Positions 41,389 to 51,610 of a stretch of 64,000 nt of DNA are shown piece by piece. The stretch's first letter is position 1. The number at the start of each line of letters is the position of its first letter. Source of the stretch: Kiritimatiellia bacterium (GTDB lineage Bacteria > Verrucomicrobiota > Kiritimatiellia > RFP12 > UBA1067); the NCBI GenBank assembly GCA_050949565.1, contig JBMNFY010000017.1, positions 1,376,001 through 1,440,000 on the forward strand, given 5' to 3'. The notes below the pieces were generated by a model. That model had not been told where the DNA came from and ran no database searches. It saw only the letters and a program-made list of their open reading frames with translations. The position numbers and the translations under genes were made by a program.

Positions 41389-42681
41389 TCAACTGCCGGC
41401 GGGCTCCGCGCCACGCGCGGAGCCCGCCGGCGCGGAGCCCGTCAGCACCTCCGGCAGCGCCCGCGCGAGATCGGCGGCGAGCTCGCTGGCTTTGGGCTTG
41501 AAGTAATGGCGCAACACCAGGTCCACGGTTTTGTGGCCGGTGAGGGCGCGCACCTTATCCAAGCTCACGCCGCCGCTGATGGCGAGCGTCACAAAGGAGG
41601 TCCGCAGCGCGTGGAAGTCGTAAGTGGAGGCCGCGCGCACGCCGACGCGCCGCTGGCTTTGCGTGACCGACTTGATCGCGGCGGTGATGCCACGCGCCAA
41701 CTGCTCGGGGGTCGCGAAGGCGCGTGCAAAAACCTTTTTCACGCGCCATGTAATGCCGCCCGGATTGTCGCGCAGTAGCGCTTCCGCTTCCGGAAAGACA
41801 TACAGGCAGCCCTTGGCGCGTAGACCGGCGCGACGCTCGAGCACCTCGCGCAGACGCGGCAGGATCGGCAGCGTCAGGCTCACGCCGGTCTTGGCCGCCA
41901 CCAGCCGCAACGCGCCGCGATCGAGATCCACCTGCTCCCAGCGCAGACGACAAACATCGCCGCGCCGCAGTCCGGTCGAAAGCCCGGTCACAATCAGGTC
42001 GCATGCCAGTGGATCACTCTCCGCCGCTTGCAGCAGACGCCGGATCTCATCGCCGTCGAGCGGCGTGCGGTTGACCACGCGGTCGCCGCGCTCCGGCAGG
42101 ATACAGAGTGCCTTGAAGGGGTTGTCGCGATGCGGCTCCGACACCAGCGCGAACGCCTGCGTCAACACCGTCTTCATGGTGCGCAGCGTCTTGGCGGTGC
42201 GCTGTCGGCCGCTGGCGTCCGGTGCGCGCAGACGATCGAAATACGCTTGCGCCACACTGCGGCTGATCTGCTCCGGCGTCTGCAACGCCTGCGCCTCAGC
42301 CCATGTTACAAAGTCTTCAAGCAGACCGCGTTTCCATGTCGCCCACGATGATGCGCAGTGGCGCAGGGTGTCGGCGACACGCATGCGCTCCAACATCTCC
42401 CGCAGCGTGGGTGATGGATACGGCCCTGCGTCGGGCGATGCCGTGTTGTGACGGCTGCGATCGGCGGCCGCGCGCGCCTCAGCGCGGTGACGCTGCAAGA
42501 CCGCCTCGGCGCGCCGACGCGATGCTTCAAAGATGGCATCGCCGCGCTCACGCATGGATGCCGGAGGTGTGCCTTGCCAGCGGATGCCGGTATTGATGAC
42601 CCTCGCGCGCTTGTTGAGATAATACCGCCCATACAAAAACGGCAACAGCCGCCCATTCTTCTTCCGTAGTTCGATTGCCAT
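41389..42681 (-). CDS. Tyrosine recombinase/integrase
   Basis: TGLRRGD, FHALRTSF, LTGHKT and HY catalytic residues. Confidence 0.92.
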   Translation of the reverse strand: MAIELRKKNGRLLPFLYGRYYLNKRARVINTGIRWQGTPPASMRERGDAIFEASRRRAEAVLQRHRAEARAAADRSRHNTASPDAGPYPSPTLREMLERMRVADTLRHCASSWATWKRGLLEDFVTWAEAQALQTPEQISRSVAQAYFDRLRAPDASGRQRTAKTLRTMKTVLTQAFALVSEPHRDNPFKALCILPERGDRVVNRTPLDGDEIRRLLQAAESDPLACDLIVTGLSTGLRRGDVCRLRWEQVDLDRGALRLVAAKTGVSLTLPILPRLREVLERRAGLRAKGCLYVFPEAEALLRDNPGGITWRVKKVFARAFATPEQLARGITAAIKSVTQSQRRVGVRAASTYDFHALRTSFVTLAISGGVSLDKVRALTGHKTVDLVLRHYFKPKASELAADLARALPEVLTGSAPAGSARGAEPAGS

Positions 42682-42854
42682 TGGTTGCTCCTAAGTGAGA
42701 GGTAATAAGTAAGAAGGGGTAAGTTTAGTTAGGAGTTAGGAGTTAGGAGTTAGGAGTTTTTGCATTTTTTCTCACAGAGGCACAGAGGGCACGTTTAACT
42801 CAGAACGTAGAACTCAGAACATCGAACTCAGAAGTGGAAAACTCCTAAATCCTA

Positions 42855-43065
42855 TCGGGATCGGGATCGCTATCGGGATCGATTGTTTAACCACGGAACA
42901 CACCGAACACACGGAAAGGCATGGCTCTGTTTCCGTGTGTTTAGTGTGTTCCGTGGTTCCAATCAGAAATTGCGTTCTGCACCAAATAGGTGCGGCGCGG
43001 ATCTCAACGGAAGCCAATGTTTACGGAGCTTTGCTCAAAATCTGCATGCTCAACTGCTCTTTTTA
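42855..43065. repeat. ~210-bp composite repeat module (copy 1 of 4)
   Basis: ATCGGG hexamers plus TTTAACCACGGAACACACCGAACACACGGAA hairpin; same orientation at ~52560, ~52980 and ~53455. Confidence 0.88.
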
Positions 43066-43273
43066 GTTTTAACTCAGAACGTAGAACTCTGAACATCGAA
43101 CTCAGAAGTGGAAAACTCCTAAATCCTAAATGTAAACTCCGCGCATAGCGCGGCACTCCCGGCAGCTCTGCTCAGTTTTTTTAGCCGCAGAGAACGCAAA
43201 GATCGCAAAGATTTTTCAGGGGCTCGGGTGGCGGCGTAAAAAAAATCACAAATCTAAAATCACAAATCCGCTA

Positions 43274-43715
43274 AATCCGCGCGACAGCGCGGCAAGGGGT
43301 GCCCTGATTTTCATGAAGTTTCATGTGTTTCATGGTCCCAAATCACAAATCACAAATCTCAACTCCTAAATCCTAAATTTTAAATCCTAAATCCGCGCAC
43401 CGCGCGGCAAGGGGTGCCCTGATTTTCATGAAGTTTCATGTGTTTCATGGTCCCAAATCAACTCCTAAATCCTAAATTCTAAATCCTAAATCCGCGCGAC
43501 CGCGCGGCAAGGGGTCCCTGATTTTCATGAAGTTTCATGTGTTTCATGGTCCCAAATCACAACTACAAACTAAATCCTAAATCCAAATTTAAATCCTAAA
43601 TCCGCGCACCGCGCGGCAAGGGGTGCCCTGATTTTCATGAAGTTTCATGTGTTTCATGGTCCCAAATCAACTCCTAAATCCTAAATTTTAAATCCTAAAT
43701 CCGCGCACCGCGCGG
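43274..43715. repeat. Four ~100-115-bp tandem units with TCCTAAA heptamers
   Basis: Core GATTTTCATGAAGTTTCATGTGTTTCATGGT at ~43306, 43421, 43520 and 43630; reverse complement of the core in the 57.6-kb array. Confidence 0.9.
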
Positions 43716-43776
43716 TAGCGCGGCACTCTCACTTCTCGCGCTTCACAGCGCGGCGTGTGTTTGCTATGCTTTTGAC

Positions 43777-44730
43777 ATGAAAACCTTCGGGTATACTATG
43801 CGAGATAAGGCCGGGGCGCTCCAGCGCGGCTCGTTGCAGGCGCGTGACCGACAAGAAGCGCTACAGAAAATCCGGGCACTGGGCGGCACGCCGGTCAATG
43901 TCACGGAGAGCAGCGTGCCTAAAACACCGTTCGTCTGGCAACCGGCCTGGACGCGTGCCGCCGTCGGGCTCGGTGTCGCTGTCGTGGTGATCGCGGGCAT
44001 CGTCCTTTGGCTGCAACGTCCGCGCACACCGCCGCGTCCTGCACCCACACCTGCCCCGACACCGGTGACACCATCCGGTGCTGATACCTCGCGCCCGGCC
44101 GACACGCCCCGTCCCGATACCCCACCCGCCAATCCACGCACCGGAATCGCATCCCCCCGCGTGCCTGCTACCGGTCCCGCGCCCGTTGCGCCGCCTGCTG
44201 GTCCCGGCGGCACTGCCACTTCTCACGTTGCTCAGGTTACGCCCGACGCCGCTAACGAGCCGCTTGAAGAGGCACCGCCTGTGCGTCCCACGCCGTTTAA
44301 AACCGGCACCGAGCAGATCCTCGCGATCATCCAAACGACGCCGCCGGGCGTTCAGATGCCCCCGCTACCGGACTTGCACGGTATGGAGGAGGACTACAGA
44401 CGCGCCACCACCAACGTGCTGACCATCTTTGATACCGACAGCGATGAACTGGCGGGAACCATTGAAAACGTCGCCTGGGCCAAGGTGGAACTGGGCGAAC
44501 TGGTCAAGCAAGGCTGGAAGCCGGACGAGGTGCTCCAGGAACTCACACGCCAGCACAACGAAGAGGCCTCCTTGCGCACTGCCGCTTCGCTGGCGCTCAA
44601 AAAGATGGTGGATGACGGACAGTTCACCGCCGCCACCCTGAAAGAAGAACTTGAAGTGATCAACGCCGAGTTGAAAGAACGCGGTTTGCCGGAAATCATG
44701 CCCTCTGAGTTGGGGCTGATCGAGGAGTGA
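43777..44730 (+). CDS. Membrane protein with PilC/GspF-like N-terminal motif and Pro-rich linker
   Basis: FGYTMRDKAGALQRGSLQARDRQEALQKIR; one TM; PT-rich region. Confidence 0.7.
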   Translation: MKTFGYTMRDKAGALQRGSLQARDRQEALQKIRALGGTPVNVTESSVPKTPFVWQPAWTRAAVGLGVAVVVIAGIVLWLQRPRTPPRPAPTPAPTPVTPSGADTSRPADTPRPDTPPANPRTGIASPRVPATGPAPVAPPAGPGGTATSHVAQVTPDAANEPLEEAPPVRPTPFKTGTEQILAIIQTTPPGVQMPPLPDLHGMEEDYRRATTNVLTIFDTDSDELAGTIENVAWAKVELGELVKQGWKPDEVLQELTRQHNEEASLRTAASLALKKMVDDGQFTAATLKEELEVINAELKERGLPEIMPSELGLIEE

Positions 44731-44731
44731 C

Positions 44732-46834
44732 ATGAAAAAAACATTGCCCGCATGGATAATCTTTCTCGGTTCTTTTTTGCTCTTCGGGGTTCAACCCATG
44801 CTCGGGCGCACCCTGCTCCCATCCTTCGGCGGCACCGCCACCGTCTGGACCGTCTGCCTCGCCTCATACCAGACCCTGTTGCTGATCGGTTATTTCTATG
44901 CCCACCTGATCCGTAAACGGCCGGTGCGGCAACAGCAGCAACTCCACCGTGCCCTGTTGATTGTTTCGGTCATCTGGACTGCCGCTTTTGCCTTTGCGCG
45001 TCCACTGCTGAAACCCTTGATCGGCAACGGCTCCCAGCCTGCCCTGGAGGTGCTCTTCTGTGTGTTGCTCTGCGCCGGACTTCCGTATGTGTTGCTCTCG
45101 GCCAACAGCACGTTGATCCAGTCCTGGCTCACCGCGCACTCTGACTCCGCTACGGCCGGCACAGACTCCCGTGCCGTCTACCGCCTCTATGGCCTCTCCA
45201 ACCTCGGTTCGCTGCTGGGCTTGGTCGTCTATCCCTTCATCCTCGAGCCGTACGTCTCGCTGAGCGCCCAATGGTGGGGTTTCACCGCCGGGCTGGCCGC
45301 CTACACCGCCCTGATATGGCGGCTGGGCGCAGGTGCCCCAGCGTTGTCCGACAGGTCAGACAAGTCCGATGCGTCCGACCTGTCTGACTCGTCTGACTCA
45401 TCCGCCCACGCCTGGCTCTGGTTCGTGCTGCCGGGAGTCTCGGTTTTCCTGCTCAACGCGGTGACCGCGCACCTGACGCTTGATGTTATGCCGCTGCCGC
45501 TCTTGTGGGTGGTGCTGCTGGCGTTGTTCCTGCTAAGCTACGTCATCGGTTTCTCCTCATGGTCGCCGCGCCTGCTGCCCTTCCTGCCGGCCGTGACCGT
45601 GCTGAGTGTGGCCGGTATCGCGCTGACCTACCGCAATACCGGGCCTGACGGTGGTTTCGCCCTGAACCTCGCCGCCAGCCTCGTCCTCTGCCTCGTGGGC
45701 TGCACCTTCATCCACGCCTGGCTCTACAGCCTGCGCCCCAATACGCGCTTGCTCACCCGCTATTATCTCGGCAACGCTGCGGGCGGCGCGGTCGGCGGCT
45801 TGGCGGCCTCGCTGCTCATGCCTCTGGTCGCCAACACGGTGGCCGAGTTCCCGATCGCCGTGGTGCTGGTGGCTCTGGCGGTTCCGCTTTACGGCTTCAC
45901 CCGCAACGCTCACAAGCCGGTCAACGCCTACGCGCTTGTTCACACCCTGCTGGCCGCCGCCGCACTTGCCGGGCTCGCTTTTGCTTTCCAACCGCGCAAA
46001 GACGACCGCCCCGTCGTACGTTATGCGCGCGGTTTCTTCGGCACACTGCAGGTGCTTGAGGCCAAGGCTCGCTCCGCCCAAGGCGAAGGCGTGATCCACG
46101 AGTTTGTCCACGGCAACACGGTTCACGGCATCCAGGCACTGATTCCCGGCATGGAGCGCATGCCCACCACCTATTTCACCCCGCAGAACGGCGGCTACGC
46201 CATCCTCGGCCATCCCAAATACCGTGCCGGAGAACCCCTGCGCGTCAACATCCTCGGCCTCGGCGTGGGCGTGATGCTGGCTTACGCCCGCACCAACGAT
46301 TTCTACCGCTGCTACGAGATCAGCCCGGAAGCGTTGCGCATCGCCTCCGATCCCAGCCTCTTCACCTTTGTCAGCGGCTGTCCCGCCTCCCTCGACGTGC
46401 GCCTGCAGGACGCGCGCAAAGGACTTGAATCCGAGCTGGCCGCAGACGAGGAGCCTTACGACGTGATCCAGATCGATGCCTTCACCGGCGACAATCTGCC
46501 CTACCACCTCTCTACCCGCGAGGCGTTCGAGCTGTATTTCAAGATGCTCAAGCCCGACGGCATCCTCGCCGTCAACATCTCCAACTGGCACCTGGGGCTT
46601 GAACCGTTCATCAAGGCTGCGGGTGACGCCTTTGCCTGTCCAGTCGTGGTAATCGCCTCGCGCAATGACTATGCGCGCCTCTCCTTTGCCGCCAAGTTTG
46701 CCTTTTTCTGCCGGACCCCCGAAAAACTCGGCCCCCTGCCCGAGGGCGCTATGGTTCTCAACCTTGCGCAGGCCAAACCCTTTACCTTGCCCGTCGATGA
46801 AAAAGGCAGCTTTGTAAAACTGATCAACTGGTAG
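44732..46834 (+). CDS. Fused membrane domain / spermidine synthase-like SAM-dependent transferase
   Basis: FLLFGVQPM, LYGLSNLGSLLG, HGNTVHGIQ, ILGLGVG, IQIDAF, HLSTREAF. Confidence 0.88.
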   Translation: MKKTLPAWIIFLGSFLLFGVQPMLGRTLLPSFGGTATVWTVCLASYQTLLLIGYFYAHLIRKRPVRQQQQLHRALLIVSVIWTAAFAFARPLLKPLIGNGSQPALEVLFCVLLCAGLPYVLLSANSTLIQSWLTAHSDSATAGTDSRAVYRLYGLSNLGSLLGLVVYPFILEPYVSLSAQWWGFTAGLAAYTALIWRLGAGAPALSDRSDKSDASDLSDSSDSSAHAWLWFVLPGVSVFLLNAVTAHLTLDVMPLPLLWVVLLALFLLSYVIGFSSWSPRLLPFLPAVTVLSVAGIALTYRNTGPDGGFALNLAASLVLCLVGCTFIHAWLYSLRPNTRLLTRYYLGNAAGGAVGGLAASLLMPLVANTVAEFPIAVVLVALAVPLYGFTRNAHKPVNAYALVHTLLAAAALAGLAFAFQPRKDDRPVVRYARGFFGTLQVLEAKARSAQGEGVIHEFVHGNTVHGIQALIPGMERMPTTYFTPQNGGYAILGHPKYRAGEPLRVNILGLGVGVMLAYARTNDFYRCYEISPEALRIASDPSLFTFVSGCPASLDVRLQDARKGLESELAADEEPYDVIQIDAFTGDNLPYHLSTREAFELYFKMLKPDGILAVNISNWHLGLEPFIKAAGDAFACPVVVIASRNDYARLSFAAKFAFFCRTPEKLGPLPEGAMVLNLAQAKPFTLPVDEKGSFVKLINW

Positions 46835-46967
46835 AGACCCTTGCAAAACCCTGCGTGGCATGGGCGTCCCGCCCATGAAACACGGGCAGGATGCTCGTGC
46901 TACACCTGCGAGTAAGGGTTTTGTAAAAGTCTCACTAGAGGGAGTGTGAAGGAAAAAACGGAGTAGA

Positions 46968-47642
46968 ATGCGAATGAAAATGAGAATGTTGTTGTTGCTC
47001 TTGCCGATGGCGTTGCTGGCGGCGGAAAAGCCCGCCGTAAAACCGGCCCAACCCGCGCCGCCCCAAAAGAACGCGGTGCTGGAGCCGATCAAGGATGTCG
47101 ACGCCCTGTTACCTGCTGACGCGGACCAGCGTGCGCATGTGCTCTTTGTCAACGTTGGCAAGGCTCTGTCTGACGCCGAGTTCCGCGAGGCCGCCGCCTA
47201 CGTGCGCATGAAATACATGCTAAACGTGGCGGTGTGTGCGGCACCCAAACCCTTCGCACAAGAGGTCGTAGCCGACACCGCCGCGCTGAAAAAACGCTTC
47301 GGCAAGAACGCGTTGATTGTGGTGGCGATAGTCAAACAGGAAAAAAGCCCTTCGTTCATCAATGTGCCGGGCTTCTTCTCGCAGGTCAACCTGCGCGGGC
47401 TGGACAAGGATAACCCCGAAGAACTCTTTCTCAAAAAGCGCACGCGCCAGATGTTCCTCAAAGGCCTCGCCCACGCCTGCGGCATCGGTGCCACGATCGA
47501 CAATATGTGCGTGATGTTCTGCAACAGCTTCACGCTGGAAGGCATGGATCGTGTCAGCGCCACCTTCGGCCCCAACGCCTATTTCCCCATCCGCGAATTG
47601 CTCAGGGAACTGGGCGGGGAAGACATCTTTGTGCAGTGGTAA
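46968..47642 (+). CDS. Secreted protein, archaemetzincin-like with degenerate zinc motif
   Basis: Signal peptide; RTRQMFLKGLAHACG...CVM. Confidence 0.6.
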   Translation: MRMKMRMLLLLLPMALLAAEKPAVKPAQPAPPQKNAVLEPIKDVDALLPADADQRAHVLFVNVGKALSDAEFREAAAYVRMKYMLNVAVCAAPKPFAQEVVADTAALKKRFGKNALIVVAIVKQEKSPSFINVPGFFSQVNLRGLDKDNPEELFLKKRTRQMFLKGLAHACGIGATIDNMCVMFCNSFTLEGMDRVSATFGPNAYFPIRELLRELGGEDIFVQW

Positions 47643-47977
47643 GGAGCGGATTTAGGGGCTGACCCGTCTGACTTTCTCGCCCTTGCCGCGCTGCGCACGG
47701 CATACAGCCGCTCGGTGAAGCCGCCCTTTTCCAAAAACTCGCGCTCTTGCTCTTGAGCCTCAAGCTGACGGCGCAGCAGGTAGGTGGCTTGGTGCGCGGC
47801 GCAGAGCAGGGTGTTGGCGGCAATCTCCGGCGAGGCCTTCGCCACTAAAGCCGCGAGACCGTCAAGAAAAGCATCGTCGCACAACGCACGGCGGGTTTCC
47901 AGCGCCTCGGGCGCATTCTTGTCGGTAACTCCGCAAATGGCGGTAACCGCCTGAAGGCAACAATGCTCCGTCTTCAC
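47640..47977 (-). pseudogene. Four-helix-bundle suffix domain fragment
   Basis: SPEIAANTLLCAAHQATYLLRRQL...FLEKGGFTERLY; no upstream four-helix-bundle domain. Confidence 0.72.
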
Positions 47978-48316
47978 TCATGGGGGCATGGTACAGCATC
48001 GGGAATGCGCTTGCAAGGCTCGTTTTTGGGGGATTCGGCTTTTAGTCTGCCCCGTCCGCCCCGTCCGCCCCGTCCGACCCGTCCGACTTTCGCGCCGCGC
48101 TGTGCGCGGCATACAGCCGCCGCAGACAACCAAGGGACGGTTGGCACATTTAGCGGCCGCCCAACTCCTCCCAACCTTCCAACTGGGCGAAAACGGGCGA
48201 CGGGACATGATAAGCAAGCCTGCGCACGGCTTCAACGCTAAGAACATGTGCAAACTGCGATAAAGCTGCTTATTTGCTGTCAAAAAGCAAGCTTAACATT
48301 TGCTTTCCTTTGTTTA

Positions 48317-49070
48317 ACGCCCAGGTCGAGAGCGTCAACATCGTGGGGTACAACACCGTCACGCTTGACAAGCAGTGGACCATCATCGCGGCGAACTTCG
48401 AGGCCGTCGGCGGCGGTGCCATTGCCATTGCAGGATGCCTTCCCCTACAGTGACGGCATGACCAAGGGAAACACGACGGCAACGGCCGACGTCTTGCAGA
48501 TTCAGAATGCGGTAGGCGGCTATGACACTTACTACCTGAGCAACGGCAAGAACGCCAAGGGCGCGACGGTCGCAGGCTTGGACGGTAAGTGGGCGGCGGG
48601 CGGCACCTATTCACCGACTACGGCGACGATCGTCTCAGGTACAGCGCTCTGGTACAACGCGCGCAACCCTAGCTCGACACTGAAAATCACGGTGGCGGGA
48701 CAGGCACTCACCACAGCCGCGAGCGATATGCCGATCAATCTGACGTGGAAACACATCGCCAACCCCTACCCGACCGACCTGCCGCTCAATGATGGCATCC
48801 CCTACACGGATGGCATGACCAAAGGAAACACGACGGCTACCGCCGACAACATTCAGATCCAGAACGCGCTGGGCGGCTACGACACCTACTACATGAGCAA
48901 CGGCAAGAACGCCAAGGGCGCGACGGTCGCAGGCTTGGACGGATAAGTGGGCGGCGGGAGGTACGTACTCGCCGGCTACTGCTTCAATCCCCGTCGGTTC
49001 GGGTGCGTGGTATATGCGCCGTGGTTCGACGAGCTTCACTGTGCAGGTAGTGCGTCCTTACGCTCTGTAA
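48317..49070 (+). pseudogene. Headless (silent) copy of a secreted surface protein with an internal duplication
   Basis: Begins at AQVESVNIVGY with no start codon or signal peptide; homologous to 50622-51376; frameshifts near 48430 and 48943. Confidence 0.75.
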
Positions 49071-49138
49071 ACCAAACGCTTTACCTGCTGGGGCACGTTG
49101 TCCCATCCGGTGAAACTGAAACAACGAAAACAAGGATA

Positions 49139-49702
49139 ATGAAAATGAAGAAGTTCATGACCATTGCGTGCGTGCTCGCCTTCGTGGGTGTGGCGCAGGC
49201 CGCTTCGCTTGCGTGGGGCGGTTTGTTGGTAACTCGCAGGAAGCCACCGGTACGATGGGTGCGACGGGTGCCTATGCCAACCTGATCTACATCGGGATGG
49301 CCGATCCGGGCACCGCAGTGACCTCTTGGGATAAACCCACCGGACTCACCAATCTGGGCGGCACAATCGTGGCGACCCACGCCATCACGCGCGGGAAGCC
49401 ACGTCGACTATGCGTTCGTTGGACATCTTCGTCCGCGCGGATGGAGAAGGCGGTGTCAACGGATACTGGATGATGGTGGTCTACGATCCCAACACCTCAG
49501 CCGGACTATTTCGGTTGGCATATCGCGCAGGTCACCGGTATCTCGGACTCCACCGGTGCGGGTGACCTTCCAGCTCATGACCGGCTTTGGTCCGGGCGAG
49601 TATCTGGACGCCGGCATGCAGGCAGTTCCTGAGCCGACCTCGATGGCGTTGCTGGCTCTCGGCGTCGCGGCTCTTGGCCTGCGCCGGAAGTTCCGCGCGT
49701 AA
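49139..49702 (+). CDS. PEP-CTERM sorting domain protein, variant A (several frameshifts)
   Basis: MKMKKFMTIACVLAFVGVAQA signal; VPEPTSMALLALGVAALGLRRKFRA. Confidence 0.85.
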
Positions 49703-49726
49703 GCGAGCAACCGCTTAATTAAGACG

Positions 49727-49768
49727 AAACAGGTTCCTTGGTGAAAGCCGGGGAACCTGTTTGTTTTT
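49727..49768 (+). terminator. Terminator of cassette A
   Basis: AAACAGGTTCC...GGAACCTGTTT followed by GTTTTT. Confidence 0.75.
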
Positions 49769-49843
49769 AGGGACGGCACGTAAACGCCTGTTCAAATCGG
49801 GATTGGAACCGATGGTTTAACCAAATTTTGAAACAGCCCCTCC

Positions 49844-49882
49844 AAAAAAACAAACCCCGGGATTTCTCCCGAGGTCTGTTTT
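49844..49882 (-). terminator. Terminator of cassette B
   Basis: Imperfect hairpin AAACAGACCTCGGGA...CCCGGGGTTTGTTT followed by a T run on the minus strand. Confidence 0.6.
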
Positions 49883-49939
49883 CAATCCACCTTTAACTCA
49901 TGCACGAATTAACTCATGCACGAATTAACTATGAACTTC

Positions 49940-50513
49940 CTATTTGCGCACCTTGCGGCGCAGGCCGAGGGCTGCAACGCCCAACGCCAAGAGCGCCATC
50001 GAGGTCGGCTCAGGAATGACACCGATCTGGGCGCCAGCATCCAGATACTCGCCCGGGTTCCAGCCCGTAGTGAGCTGAATATCACCCGCACCGGTAGAGT
50101 CCGAAATACCGGTGACCTGCGCGATATGCCAGCCGAAGTAATCCGGTGAGGTGTTGGGATCGTAGACCACCATCATCCAATATCCGTTGACACCGCCTGC
50201 GTCCGTCCGCGCGGGCGAAGTAGTCAACGAACGCGTAATCCTCCGTGGCTTCCCGCGCCGTGATGTCGTGGGTCGCCACGACATTGCCGCCAAGATTGGA
50301 GAGACCCGTGGTTTTATCCCATGTGGTTACTGCACTACCCGGATCGGCCAGTCCCATGTAGATCAACGTAGCGTAAGCACCAGTCGAACCCATTGTACCG
50401 GTGCCGTCCTGCGAATTGCCTAAGAATCCGCCCCAATTGAGCGAAGCGGCCTGCGCCGCGCCCGCCAAGGCGAGCACGCACGCAATGGTCATGAACTTCT
50501 TCATTTTCATCAT
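49940..50513 (-). CDS. PEP-CTERM sorting domain protein, variant B (frameshifts near 50205-50245)
   Basis: MKMKKFMTIACVLALAGAAQA signal; VIPEPTSMALLALGVAALGLRRKVRK. Confidence 0.88.
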
Positions 50514-50621
50514 CCTTGTTTTCGTTGTTCCAGTTTCGCGGATGCGGGCACATCCCGCATCCGCAATTGTTCTTACTTACTTAACGCACCAGCCAACTGA
50601 TGCACTAATGAGCTTCTCCGT

Positions 50622-51428
50622 TTACAGAGCGTAAGGACGCACCACCTGCACGGTGAAGTCCGTCGAGCCGCGACGCAGATACCACGCACCCGCGCCGACG
50701 GGAATCTGCAGCCGTAGTCGGTGTGTACTGACCAGCCTGCGCCCACTTACCGTCCAAACCCGCGACCGTCGCGCCCTTGGCGTTCTTGCCGTTGCTCATG
50801 TAGTAGATGTCGTAGCCGCCCGCGCATTCTGGATCTGAATCATATCGGCGGTAGCCGTCGTGTTTCCTTTGGTCATGCCGTCCGTGTAAGGAATGCCATC
50901 ATTGAGCGGCAGGTCGGTCGGGTAGGGGTTGGCGATGTGTTTCCACGTCAGATTGATCGGCATATCGCTCGCGGCTGTGGTGAGTGCCTGTCCCGCCACC
51001 GTGATTTTCAGTGTCGAGCTAGGGTTGCGCGCGTTGTACCAGAGCGCTGTGCCAGGGGCGATCGTCGCCGTAGTCGGCGTGAATAGTGCCGCCCTGCCGC
51101 CCACTTACCGTCCAAGCCCGCGACCGTCGCGCCCTTGGCGTTCTTGCCGTTGCTCAGGTAGTAGATGTCATAGCCGCCTACCGCATTCTGAATCTGCAAG
51201 ACGTCGGCCGTTGCCGTCGTGTTTCCCTTGGTCATGCCGTCGCTGTAGGGGAAGGCGTCCTGAATGGCAATGGCACCACCGCCGACGGCCTCGAAGTTCG
51301 CCGCGACAATCGTCCACTGCTTGTCGATCGTGACGGTGTTGTACCCCACGATGTTGACGCTCTCGCACCTGGGCGTCAACCAGACCGGCAAGAGCGCATG
51401 CTGCAAATGCAGTTACTAACTTTTTCAT
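50622..51428 (-). CDS. Secreted surface protein, complete copy (several frameshifts)
   Basis: GGAGG RBS; MKKLVTAFAACALAGLV signal; ESVNIVGY; two copies of DGMTKGNTTATAD..QIQNA.GGYD.YY.SNGKNAKGATVAGLDGKW. Confidence 0.8.
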
Positions 51429-51580
51429 TCTCAAACCTCCAGAGAAAGTTAGGATTTAGGATTTAGGATTTAGGAGTTGGGGGCTGACGCCCTTGTTTCA
51501 ACCCGTTAAACCGCTTTCTCCCGCCTCGTTCCTTCCTCGTTTGTTTCGGAGTTTTCCTTTTCCAACTCAAAGACGCGAAC

Positions 51581-51610
51581 AGTTTACCCTGTGGTACACT
51601 GACACGTCAA
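51581..51610 (-). promoter_or_regulatory. Candidate sigma70 promoter of cassette B
   Basis: TTGACG-N18-TAAACT on the minus strand, ~150 nt before the ATG. Confidence 0.6.
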
